DNA of 64,000 nt, taken from the NCBI GenBank assembly GCA_964016885.1, contig OZ024755.1, forward strand, positions 12,214,001-12,278,000. Reading direction: 5' to 3'. Positions 43,219 to 55,739 of the stretch are shown here, piece after piece. Origin of the DNA: Eledone cirrhosa (taxonomy: Eukaryota). A model generated the notes under the pieces. It was not told the DNA's origin. It saw only the letters and a list, made by a program, of their open reading frames with translations, and ran no database searches. How positions within the stretch are numbered: position 1 is the stretch's first letter; every line of letters begins with the position of its first letter. Both the position numbers and the translations under genes were made by a program.

Positions 43219-43798
43219 ATACACTCTGTCTAGCTCTACACCTCGACACTGAAGTGAACCTAAACATAGAGTGCTCACCCGGGTGAACCTACAGTAACTC
43301 CAAGTTACACTCCCTAGATATCTACTCTTTTACTCTTTTACCTGTTCCAGCCATCCAGCTGAGGCACCACCCTATATATATACCTTATTGAGTGCTTTGC
43401 TACTCATTCCTAATTATAGGTCGATTTTGCTTGGCCGCAACCAAAGCTTCGATTTTACTAAGCTTCCACTTGTATATATATATATATATATGTATATATT
43501 ATTATTACTCTCAGATGTAACTTATCGGTTTATTGATATCTTCTTATTGAGTTCTTCGTGCAAAGCTCTGAATATTTCTTTTTCAAGGATGCTGGCCAAC
43601 CACTGCAACTTCAAGTCTACTCACTTTCACTCCTATATATATTCAGCGAAATATGTTATATTTGATATATGTTATATTTGTGGCAGCTATTTGTGGAAGC
43701 TATTACAAATATAACTGTCCCCAGACATCTCTGTTCTGGAATGTTACCCATTCAGAATAATTACTGTTGGTTGCTGCATGTGGAGTATCATGACTTAA

Positions 43799-44014
43799 TC
43801 CTTTCATTATCATATTCTTAATGACATACACTGTAATTAATGAAGAATTTGGCAAATTTTACTAAAGCCATTATTTATTTCATTAAAATGGTATTTGTAA
43901 TAGTTCTCATATCAAATTATGTTGGAAGGTTTTAATTTAAATTGGAACCTTTTAAAATTGGTAGTTTTGTTCCATAGACCTAGAGGTGGTTTGGGGCAGA
44001 TTAGTATGAAAGGG
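43799..44014. mobile_element. piggyBac-type MITE family A
   Basis: TTAA|TCCTTTCAT ... ATGAAAGGG|TTAA. Confidence 0.7.
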
Positions 44015-44100
44015 TTAAAATGTCATAACTATTCTTTGAGTTTTCTGAGCAATGCCAAGATCATTTAGCTTACAACTTATTCTATGTTCAATTAGCTTTA

Positions 44101-44860
44101 ATTATCATCATCACTTTATGCCTTCTTTTCCTTGCTTGCATGGGTATGATATATTGAATAGGTCTTCCTCAGTACAGCTTCCTTTCATTCATCATTTCCA
44201 ATGTGGGGCTTAGAGATTTGAGATCAATGTTTGCCACTTCTGCCCAGATTTCTCTTCAGCTTCCTTTTCTGCAGCTCTCAATTCTTGGCACTTCACCCAT
44301 CGACCATCATCCATAAACATCACTTGTCCATATCAGCACAATCTTCACTCTTTTATGACCAATATTTCTCTCAGCTCATCCATACTTCACCATTCTTGTA
44401 TATTAACATTATACATCCAATGGAGCTTGCACGATTCTCTGCAGTCCTCACATGCCCTCTGCATTTGCCATTCATGTTTTACTACCATGCAACATCAGAC
44501 TTCTCACACAGGCATCATACAATCTACTTTGTGTAATAATTCAATTCCTTTGTCACCCAGGTAGTAGTTCCCGGAACATTCTCCATCTAGTTCTGATTCT
44601 GGCACCTATGCTTTCAAACTGACCTGCTCTGCTACTAATTACGTCACATAGGCAAGATAAGCTATCAACTGCTTCTATGGAATCTTCCCAAGTTAGGGAA
44701 AATTTATTTTTCTGGTGCTCTTATTATAAATTATCCCTATGCAACTGTCTCATACAAAGTCTTCCTTCTCTGTTAGTCTGCCAAGTGTAAATGATATACC
44801 CAGACTTTTCAAAAGTATTAAAGTATTTCCAACTGTGGAAATAAAACCTAGAATCAAAAA
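44101..44860 (-). mobile_element. Decayed RTE-clade LINE 3' region
   Basis: Minus-strand translation gives SIEAVDSLSCLCDVISSRAG...GARIRTRWRMFRELL and RLYDACVRSLMLHGSKT. 3' tail is CCCATGCAAGCAAGGAAAAG...TGATGATGAT. Confidence 0.78.
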
Positions 44861-45481
44861 GACTCAGAATAAACTCACACTTCTTTTGTACACATATTTT
44901 ACATTGAGTAATCCATACAGAATTCTTACCTACAACTTTTCTGCATATTGGGCATGGCCATTTTCCAGTTGGTTTGCTTTATCTGTCACAGATTTCTATG
45001 GTTGGATGCCCTTTCTTATACCAACCCATACTATTCAATATAGCAAGAGATTGACTGACTTAACAGTGTCTTGGTGACTAAGGCATATGTAAACACACAC
45101 ATGCATACAAGTGACGGATTTTCACAGTTCCCATACCAAATCACTTACAAGGCTTGGTCAGTCCAAGGCTGTAGTAAAAGACCGTTTCTCGAGGTATCAC
45201 ACATCAGGACCAAATGTGGAGCTATATGCTTTAGAAATGAATTTCTAAACCACACAGCCATTTTTTTTTTTTTTTTGTCGTAGAAAATATTAAGTGTAGT
45301 TTAAGTCTATATAAGAGGACCTGTTAAAGTTCCATATTTTCTCACATTTCCAAGTGTTAAAGATAGCTGAAATTTCATGTAGGTCACATTGAGCTTTTAC
45401 TCAAAGAAGTTAAAACTGATCATAGAGAGCCGTTTGATGATTATTTTAGACATTTCCCCTAGTGATCTTATTACAACAAAC

Positions 45482-45730
45482 ACTATTATATAACACTGTA
45501 CCTAGTAATTCTATTATAATAGACACTGTACCTAGTAATTCTATTATAATAGACACTGTACCTAGTAATTCTATTATAATAGACACTGTACCTAGTAATT
45601 CTATTATAATAGACACTGTACCTAGTAATTCTATTATAATAGACACTGTACCTAGTGGACTATTGTAACAGATACTGTACCTAGTAATCTTATTACAACA
45701 GTCTCTGTATCTTATTACAATAGACACTCT
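45482..45730. repeat. 30-bp minisatellite
   Basis: AGACACTGTACCTAGTAATTCTATTATAAT, about 5 near-perfect copies plus degenerate flanks. Confidence 0.92.
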
Positions 45731-45994
45731 ATTATATAACATTATACCTAATCGTCTTTTTATAATACTGTACCGAGTGACCCTTTTATAACTCTAACTC
45801 TTCTGCACCAGAAATCCTATTGTAACAGACATTGCACCTAATGGCCCTATTATAACTGGAATCACTGTTATTACTCCACCTTTTTAATTCCAACTTTATA
45901 TCCTGAAATCTATCTACTCCCCCCCCCCCCCCCGTGTTCTTTTTCTGTCACCCTGTTATCAAATGGACAGGTTATATCTATTATCTTAAAAGTT

Positions 45995-46290
45995 ATTTCA
46001 TATCTTTCTCTAGTACAATTATATCTGGTCTTGAATCTTCCTGTTATTTTTGTCTGTCTGGATTTTCATGTCCCACAAAATGTTGACCTTTTTATATTCA
46101 ACAACTTTAGCTGGTCCCTGTTCTTACTACATTTTTGCTGTCTCTATACTGTGTGTTTTATACATTTGCCAGTGAATAACTGTTGTAATGTCACCAGCCT
46201 TTGTCCTGTTTCTCTGCCAAGGTATTACACTCTGATATTAAATAGTTAAAAGTCTCTTCTTTTCAAAACACAATCAACATCTGCTATATA
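45995..46290 (-). mobile_element. R4/Dong-like non-LTR retrotransposon relic (zinc knuckle plus restriction-like endonuclease region)
   Basis: Minus strand with stops and frameshifts: C.LC...ETFNYLISECNTLAEK, IHWQMYK, PAKVVEYKKVNILWDMKIQTDK, SRPDIIVLEK. Confidence 0.72.
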
Positions 46291-46789
46291 TCATCCATTG
46301 TTATTGTTTTATCTAAACAATAACAATGTTTTATCTAAACTAGAGAGACACACAAAGATTGTGACAATTATATAGATATAAGTTGTGTGAGTTTTTGATG
46401 GTGATGTTGTGCGGGTTGTATTATTATGCTGGGTGGTGATTGTGTAGATTGTGTGTTGTGTGGTTTTTTTTATAGTATTGGCTAGTAGTTGTGTAAACTG
46501 TGTGTTGTGGATTGTGTTATTGTGTTAGATAGTGATTATGTTGACTACATGTTGTGTGGGTTGTGTTGTAGTGTTGGGTGGTAGTTTGTGTAGACTGTGT
46601 TGTAGATTGTATTATAGTAGTTGTGTAGACTGTTGGGTGGTGACTATGTAGACTGTAGGTAGTATTATAGTGTCTCCTATCAGTTCTGATAGGGTAGACT
46701 GTGGGTTGTGTTATAATATTGGGTAGACTGTTGTACTCTGGTTGTATTATAGTGTAGACTGTGTTGTGTGTTATTATTGGGTGGTAGTT

Positions 46790-46976
46790 AGGGCGGTGGA
46801 TTGGCAGTATCAGTAGAGGGTAGAACGCTATGCTTTGACGTATAGTTATGGCCCTTGCCATTCTGAATTTGAATCCCGCCAAGGTTAACTTTGCCTTTCA
46901 TCCTTACAGGGTCAATAAAATAAAGTACCAGTAATGCACTGGGTAATTGCCGTCCTTGTGCCAAAAAGTAGAAACA
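46790..46976 (+). mobile_element. SINE family M with 17-bp TSD
   Basis: TSD ATTATTGGGTGGTAGTT at 46773-46789 and 46977-46993. Inserted into a GT-rich degenerate repeat (46380-47000). Confidence 0.92.
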
Positions 46977-48636
46977 ATTATTGGGTGGTAGTTGTGTAGA
47001 GCAGAGTTTCCACTCCTTCACTACCACCCTCCTTTTTAGAGAATACATTCCATCAGCACTCTTTCAACTGTAAAGTTGATAAAAGAAATTATAGACTAAA
47101 AATTTGTTTTCCCCAACCCCCATATACCACACTTTGCCTTCTAACGACTACCCTACCTTCTCAAATTGCATCACCTAATGTAAGTTAAATTTTGATAAAG
47201 CCTTCCACAGCTCCTTTTGAGACTGGCTGTGTCTCTAGGGGTTGATAATGCCCACTTTAGGGATTACTATTGTAGAGTATATATATACTGTGTGGGGGTT
47301 CTCTTGTAATATTGGGTGGCAATTGTTTTAAAATGTGTTTTACAGAAAGTATACTTTATGAGTTGTGAAATATCTTGTACAGAATGTGGCTAGAAGCGGT
47401 CTTTTTTAAACTGTGTAAAGTTGTAGTTTAGCCCATGGTCAACCTCGATTAAGACGCTTGATTCAAGGCTGATTGAACGCAAAGTATTCAAGTTGTGAGC
47501 ATCCCATTCTATTTTTAACTTTTTTGATATCAAACTGCTTTTGATTCTATGATAGAAAGTTCTTTGTTATAAACTGCTTATAATAGAAACTGAGATGACA
47601 ATCCTGGGTATTTAACCTACACTGAGCAGGCAATAGTTGAATATGATGATGATGATGATGTATGTATGAACCCATAACTCTTGGTGGAGTCATAGCAGTG
47701 ATGTCGTGACATACAATGTTTCTTGTGCATTTTAATCCTGGCAGAACCCATCTCCTCTCCAGGTCTGAACACAGAAGGAGTGTGAGTGATAGAGAGAAAG
47801 TAAGAAAGAGATATAAAGAAAGAAACGACCCCAGCACTAGACTGGACTAGGCCTTTTTGTTTTATTGATATCTAAAGGATGAAAGGCAAAGTTGATCTTG
47901 GTTTGAACTCAGAGTGCAGAGAGCTGGAACAAACACCACAAAGAATTTTATCCAATGTTCTGACAACTCTGCCAATTTACTACTTCTGATCATAATGATA
48001 ATGATGATGACGATGAATCCTATAAGCAATAATCCTATGGAACTCCAACATACATTCAGACTAGCAGTTATCACGTAATAAGCCTGATATCATTTTCCAT
48101 GACAAAACTGAAAATAATGCATTAAACCTTTTGATATCAACCCCTTGGTTCTACAAACCAAAGCTGCTTATTTTTAGATGTTTATAGTCATCTGAAAAAA
48201 AAACAGCAAAACATCCAATTTAATTTTGTGTAAAATCCTTTGTTATGCCACTCTGCACCTCACTTGTCACTCTACCTGAAATTTACATTAAATGTACAAG
48301 TAGCTGTGGAATACTCAACCTCTTACTCTATAATTCAAGGAACAGGTGGTTTTTTTTGTTTTTTTTTGTTCAAACAACTAAAATACTCATTGCTGAAATG
48401 AATGCAAACATATTTACTTCACTTTATCCACATATATACATACACATGTATACATACACATGTTCATGCACCTACACGCACACAAAAACACACACCACTA
48501 CCACCACCATCAACACCATCATCATCGTCGTCATAATCATTTTTCATCTGGTTTTCATGCTGGCATGGATTGGATCGGTCATTGTGTTTTGATAGTTGAC
48601 TTACTTAATTGTATATTTAATATATATATATATTAT

Positions 48637-48987
48637 GGAGGCACATGGCTTAGTGGTTAGAGCATTGGCCTTGCAATCAAAAGCTTGTGAGTTCAATTCT
48701 CAGATAGGGTGATGTGTTGTTTCCTTGAGCAAGACACTTTATTTCACATTGCTCCAGTTTACTCAGCTGTAGAAATGAGATGATAGGGACTGGGGTCCAT
48801 ATCACTCCACTGCAAAGTGGTCGTGGAGGTGCCACGGCAAAAAAGCACCCAGCACTCACTGTAAATGAGGTTGGTGTTAGGAAGGGCATCCAGCTGTAGA
48901 AATCAAGCCAGAATCAGTTCCCGTCCCACCCTTGCAAGCAGGGAAAAAGTGGTCGTAAAATGAAATGATGATGAAAATGAAATGATG
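48637..48987 (+). mobile_element. CORE-type SINE, full length, single internal unit
   Basis: Near-identical to 41915-42310 but without the duplication. Confidence 0.9.
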
Positions 48988-49867
48988 TATGCATTGTGTG
49001 TATGCAGTTAAGTATAGGTACACAGGACACAATACACATACACACACATATATCATATACATATGTAGATGTGTGTCTACGTGTGTATGTATTGGAATCA
49101 TGACTGAGTTCATGTTTGATCTTCTTTATTAAGGATTTTTTATATTCCCTTATTAATTCTTTGTTTAGTTTGGATCCAAATCATTATTAGATTCAGAAAT
49201 GTAATATTAATGTCATATTGTTCATGCACTTTGCAATGGTCACAAAGAATTATAGGAGTGATAGCAAATTCTTGGCTGCCTCATTTTAATATTCAATGTT
49301 TGAAGTCTAGCATATTTTATAATGTAACTCTGTGATAAATTTTGGTTTATATTTTGATATCAGGAAAGCTTCCATAATCACACTCCTAATTTTGTGTGTG
49401 ATTCTATATAGTATTATCCTATAATTAACTAATGTTTTTTCTATTAAATTTTTGTTGCATGTACTGCATAATATTGTGTTGTGATAGCTCGCTGTTGTAA
49501 GAGAATGACTCAAACTGTTACAATAGACACACAAGTGTGACACTTTCTAATTTGTCACCAACAGGACAGCTACTAGAGTTAATTAAACTAATTATGACTA
49601 GTAGAAAAGTTTAAAATTATTACCTTCACTATATATATTAAGCATTTTAACACCAAGCTGCCTGAAACTACCACTGGATCTATTATATTAAATGATTTAT
49701 GTTAAAGAGTTTACATTTGTCTAAAAACCTACCACCATAATTTTATGTAATACCCTTCATAACATTCCACACATCAGCTTAATAATGAGAAAAGTTAGTT
49801 ATTTTACTAAATTTTTCAAAATTCTTTATTTTCAAAATTATTTGAAAATCATAGACAAAGGGAAGTG

Positions 49868-50050
49868 AATTGGCAGTATCAGTAGAGGATTGGATGCCAT
49901 GCCTTCCAGCATAGAGTTACGCCCCTTTATGGTCTGAGTTCAAATCCCGCCGAGGTTAACTTTGCCTTTCATCTTTACGCGGTCGATAAAATAAAGTACC
50001 AGTAATGCACTGGGATAATTGCTGGCCTTGTGCCAATAGTAGAAACAATT
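49868..50050 (+). mobile_element. SINE family M
   Basis: Matches the family consensus. Further copies near 50298, 51976, 54697, 57750 and 60077. Confidence 0.88.
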
Positions 50051-53000
50051 ATTTATTTATGAGAAACATGTTAAAAGGATAAAGTATTCATATTTATCTA
50101 AAAACACTCCATCATAATTTCATGTTAAATTAAGTTAAATTCCAAACTTCAGCTTAATAATGAGAAAGTTGGATATATTATTAAATCTCTCAAAATTCTT
50201 ATTTTCAAAATTATTTGAAAATCATAGGCAGCAGTTTTCATTAAAAATATGGTAATGAACTGTTTGAATATTACAATAAGTATCATTATTAATAGAGCCC
50301 ACCGAGGTTAACTTTGCCTTTCATCCTTCCAGGGTCGATAGAATAAAGTACCAGTAATGCATTGGGTAATTGCTGGCCTTGTGCCAAAAGTAGAAACAAT
50401 TATTATATAGTGCACCATGGTAAAATATCAGTTGATACCTCAAACAGCAAAGATTACAAAGCATTTTATTTTTGTAATGATATAATCTGCTGGTGCCATG
50501 TTAAAATTCATCCAGTACACTCTGTAAAGTGGTTGGCATTACTAAAAGCATCTCGTCTTTGAAACCATGCCAAAATACAAAATGTATGAACATGACATGG
50601 TTCTGTGAGCTACCTGGTCTTGGCTTGTGTTGATTCATCCATCTCATGCTAGAATGGAAAATAAATGATGACGATAATGTTACAGACAAAGTTCGATACA
50701 GCTTGGCATCAGTGACATCAAAAGCAAAGGTTGATACAGCTAGGGCATGAATGATGTAGCAAGCAAAAACCCATGCAGCTTAGTACCTGTGATGCCACAG
50801 ACAAAGGTAGATACAGCTTGGCAGCAGTGACATCACAGGTAAACTCAGAACATTAAGTGATACCACAAGGTATTATGTCTAAATCTCTACTAACAATTCC
50901 ACTGTTCCTCCACCTTGGGCTAGTACTTTATTTATCGATCTCAAAGGATTAAAGGCAAAGTTATCTCAGCAAGATTTGAATTCAGATTGCAGAGATTCAG
51001 AAAACAATGCAGCAAAGCAGTTTAATCTAATGTTCTAACTTTGTTACTTTCTCATCAAAAGTTTCTTTAATTTTGTATGAAACAAAATTGTTTTGTAAGA
51101 AACAAAATTAGGAAATATCAGTGGAATTTTCACACACATAATTTAAGCCACATATAGTTATATTCTTTATATCAATGGTCTTTTGTCGCAATTTTGCGTA
51201 ATGCCTTCCTCTGTCAGATATCTCTGTAGCATTTTCATTTGATATCTTAATACTTTTAATTATAAGACTTCAGTATTTTCGCATTTAAAAATGTAAAAAA
51301 CAAAAAAGAAACTGTACACATTGTCTTAAAATTCCATGTGCTTTTGTTTCTTACTACATAGTTCAGCAGCAATCATTGAAGTGTTTAATATTTTATGCTG
51401 CATACTTTATGCAGCAGGATGATCTTTATTTCCGGCATGCATAAATTGCAAGGAAAAAGTTATCTTTTATCATTCATTTGATTTAATCTTTTATCACTTG
51501 TTTACTATTTCTCATTTTTATGTTCTTTTTTGTTTTTGTTGTTTAGCTTGACACTCTAAAAATTTAATTAGCAACAGACTTTTTTAAAATAATCGACAAA
51601 TTATTTAACATTTTCACCTTTATTTTGTTTATCGTTAATATTTTCTTTTACACATTCAATAGTTTTGTTATATTTTTCAGCCACTAATCATGTAGTTCTT
51701 AATTGTATATATCTACTAAACAATAATATAATTAAAGGAATTTCTCTCATAATATCATTATCATGGCCACCATTTTCCCATGAATGTATGGATTAGACGA
51801 GTTTTTTTCAGTACAGTATCTCTCTACGTATCCTTTGTCATCTCCTTTGTCATCTCCAGCTTCCTGAGATGAGCTTTCACTACATCTGCTCAGGACTTTC
51901 TTGGTTGTTTTTTTGTTCATATTCCATGGTATCCTTCCACTTGGAAATCCTGGCACTTCCTCAATCAATGATCCTTGGATTGGCAGTGTCAGTAGAGAGT
52001 TGGACGTCATGCTTTGCAGCATAGAGTTACATCCCTTTTTGGTCTGAATTCAAATCCTGTTGAGGTTAACTTTGCCTTTCATTCTGACGGGGTTGATAAA
52101 ATATAGTACCAGTAATGCACTGGGATAATTTCTAGCCTTGTGCCATAATTTTCTTTTATAGTTACACCAATTAGAAATACATTCTTTTATAGCTTGGCAC
52201 TAGTGTTGTTGCGTCTCATTATTTCCAGCTGACAGGATTGAAGCAAGGTGGAATAAAGTGTCTTGCTCAAGAACAAAATATGTTGCCTGATCTAGGAACC
52301 AAGCCCATGACCTTATGATTGTGAGCCCAACATCTTATTTACTGAACCACATGCCTTCATGATTTGATAGTAGAACTTAACTATTTTACAATAATTTAAT
52401 ATTCCAGTGAAAACATTGGCTTGGTTTTGTCAAATATTTATTCATCAACATTGTATGCTGTGAAGTTACTTATCTTTCAAAAATAATTTTCTCCAAAACT
52501 TTTAGAGTACTGTGATTTGATGATACTGTAGGTATCTGTTTTACTATAGGTATATCCTATCTCTGTATGTCATAGGATGGTGACTAAAAGAGTTGGCACG
52601 AGGGAGGGAATGCAGCTGAAAAACATTGTCTCCAAAAAGTTGAGTAGACTGTCAGGGGATGAACAAGGATAACCACTGCTTTTAAATGATTTTAAAACAA
52701 ATGTTTTGTGTTGTAATGAAAGCAACTGTTTAGTATTACCAAATATTGAAAATGAAAAATATTTAAAGCTTCCACCTATGCAGGTTTAGTTGGCCTAATA
52801 AGAAGTTTCTTGTTTGTTTTAATGATAGAGGCCCCCATCGTATCATAAGGCAATGTGAAAGAAAATAATGCACTATCTAGCCCAGCAATTGAACCCATGA
52901 CCTTATAATCATGAGCCAAGCACCCTAAACTTTAGACTATGTGCTAAATATTATATATTATATTAAATATTTATTCATCAAGATGGTATGCTGTGAAGTT

Positions 53001-53468
53001 GCTTATCTTTCACAAAGAATTTTCTTCAAAAATTCTGTTATGGGTACTAGCATTTAAACTGTGGCTTTGTGTGTATTTAGAGTTCTGAGAATCTGATGAT
53101 AACTGGAATATGCAACTGTCATTTTGTAATCTTTCCCTTTAGACAGATTAACTCTTTTTATTCAAGATAGTTATGACTGAGGCATTTCTACTATGCTAGA
53201 ATCTTCTGCAACCCTTTCCTTACCATATTTCTGATAAAAGGCACCGCCTATGAGTTTCAAATAATTGTGAAAATAATCAAGAATATAAAGGGATTTAGTT
53301 AATATAACAAACTTTCGCATTATTTATATAGTGTTTGGTACATAGCTTAACAAAGGTTCTTACATAAAATTATGATAGGTTTTTAGATGAATATAAACAT
53401 TTTAAAACAAATAGTTTCGTATCATTGAACCCGAGTTGTTTCAGGAGGTTTGTTATTAAAAGGATTTA

Positions 53469-53510
<42 letters not shown>

Positions 53511-53513
<3 letters not shown>

Positions 53514-53708
53514 AACAAGTAGGACTCCGACGGCTGAGCTCAAGCCGTTTCGACAGCTAATTCTGGACTCAGTCCAGAATTAGCCGTCGAAACGGCTTGA
53601 GCTTAGCCGTCGGCGTCCTACTCGTTCCTATTACCCACTCTACTACCCTAAGTATTGAGTACTTTGGTGCATTATGGTCCACCTGGTTCCTTACCACATT
53701 TCCTTCGT
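53511..53708 (+). mobile_element. Fold-back element family P1
   Basis: Palindrome centred at 53570 (CTGGACT-C-AGTCCAG), same tail, (TA)n on both sides. Confidence 0.75.
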
Positions 53709-53740
<32 letters not shown>

Positions 53741-54223
53741 TTATATAATATGTTATGGCTTTATTAAACCATCTTACAAAACTTTCACCCAAAGAAATAA
53801 CTGGTTCATTATACAATATCTAAAAAGTCTATACATTATTCAACATACATTACTTTGTGTACAATTAAATTTATTGTTATTTTTTTTTTATTATAATCTA
53901 ATTCTTTTGGCGTTAATAACATTTAGATTTCTTTTGAGAGACATGAATGTCAGTCTGCATAGGATAAGTGTATTGTGGAATACATTGACCCAGAAGTGTT
54001 ACTATTGTTATTTTCTTCTTTGTTTGGAAAATGAAAAACAAAGTTAACTTAGTGGGTTGACTAGGTGATTAGGAAGTTCACTTCACAATCACAAGGTCCT
54101 GGGTTTGATCCCACTACATGGCATTCTCAGCAAGTGTCATTTTAGCCTTGGGTCAGCCTTTGTGAGTGAAATTGGGTAGATAGAAACTGTGTGGAAGCCA
54201 GTCAACTTGACTGTACCTGTAAT

Positions 54224-54539
54224 CAGGATTGGATTTAGATCTTGGGGGATTTGGGGCATTTCAGGTTGTTGGTGGGGAGGAGGACTCACACACAAAAACA
54301 AATTAGAATACACAGCAACCCCCACCCATCCAATTTTACATATCAAAGTTAGCTTGATGCAAATAATTGGAATTGAAAAGTTTTACATACAGGTATTAAA
54401 TTAAAAAATTCTAACCATCCTAAAACTAAAAATCCCAGCTGAGGACATAAATATATTGCTATGGCCATCGCTGATGGGACCTCCACTGCAGGGGGCCCAG
54501 GGAAGTTGCCTCCTTTGTTCCCCATTAAATCCAGCCCTG
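54224..54539. mobile_element. hAT-type MITE with 8-bp TSD, nested in an older SINE
   Basis: TIRs CAGGATTGGATTTA and TAAATCCAGCCCTG. TSD CCTGTAAT (54216-54223) and CCTATAAT (54540-54547). Uninterrupted host copies near 22878 and 40728. Confidence 0.82.
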
Positions 54540-55739
54540 CCTATAATGCAAAGGTCCAGCCTTGTCACAGATGGTGTCATGTTAAATCTACCTGTTAAAG
54601 GTACCTATGTCAACCATATAGGTGTTACCTCATCAATCAGACAGCTAGTTGATCAAATAACTGAACACTTATCATTAAAACTGATGGAGGATCCATAGTA
54701 TCAGTAGAACGTTGAACAACATGGTTTATCTTATAAGTTTATGCCTCTTTACGATCTGAGGTCAAATACTGCTGAGGTTAGCTTTGCCTTCATCCTTACG
54801 GGGTCGATGAAATAAAGTACTAGTAATGTACTTGGTTGATTTAGTCAATTTTTCCCTCCCCAAAAAATTGTTGGCCTTGTGCCTAAATCAGAAACCAATA
54901 TTATTAAAATCTCTAGAATATAATTTTTTTTATTTCATCGTACGTAACAAGGATAATTTGATTTCATTTTTAAAAGAAGAAATTATTTAATTTTTAATTA
55001 TGACAAGGAGAGAATAAAGAGGTTTACTTCACTTTCTTTTCCATGTATTAACTAAATGAATTTTATTCTAAATTTAGCTTTAATAAATATAATGCTTTAG
55101 GGTATTTTACTCTAGAACATAACCAGGTGGTGTGCTGTGTTCTTCAGTAAAATACTTTGTCACATTGCTCTTTCTGCCAAGAGTTTTGACTAGCAGATAA
55201 TCAGATAATCTCAGCAATGGAAAAACCAATGGTTCGATTTGATGATTGGCTTTTTTACTTCCTTTTATTTTCTTTTTATTTTCTTTCTTTTTTTGTTGAG
55301 CTTACCTCAGGCAAGGTAATAAAGCCATTAAAATGCAAGGGGCTACTGAGAAAGAAGAAGGACACGAAAAATAAATTAAGGGGAGAAAAAATGACAATTG
55401 ATGTTTCAAAAATAGCATGAAAAGAAAATAAGGTGTTTGATTATCTCACTGTGAAATTGCTATAATTTGAAAGTACAGGTACAGCATCATGTAGGAAGAA
55501 TATTTGCAAAAGGCAATGAGGTTATAACAGGTGTGATGAGGATGGAAGTAATTTTCTTCTTGAGAATATAATGTCCACATGCTTTCTAGGTTTCTCAAGG
55601 AAAATATAGTACATTATCAAAATTATTATTTGACATCTTTTTCCATGTTGATATGAGTTGGATGAGAACCACATCTTGCTCTCATCTGTTTCATATTTGG
55701 TATGGTTTTGACAACTGGATGTCCTTCCAAATGATAACC

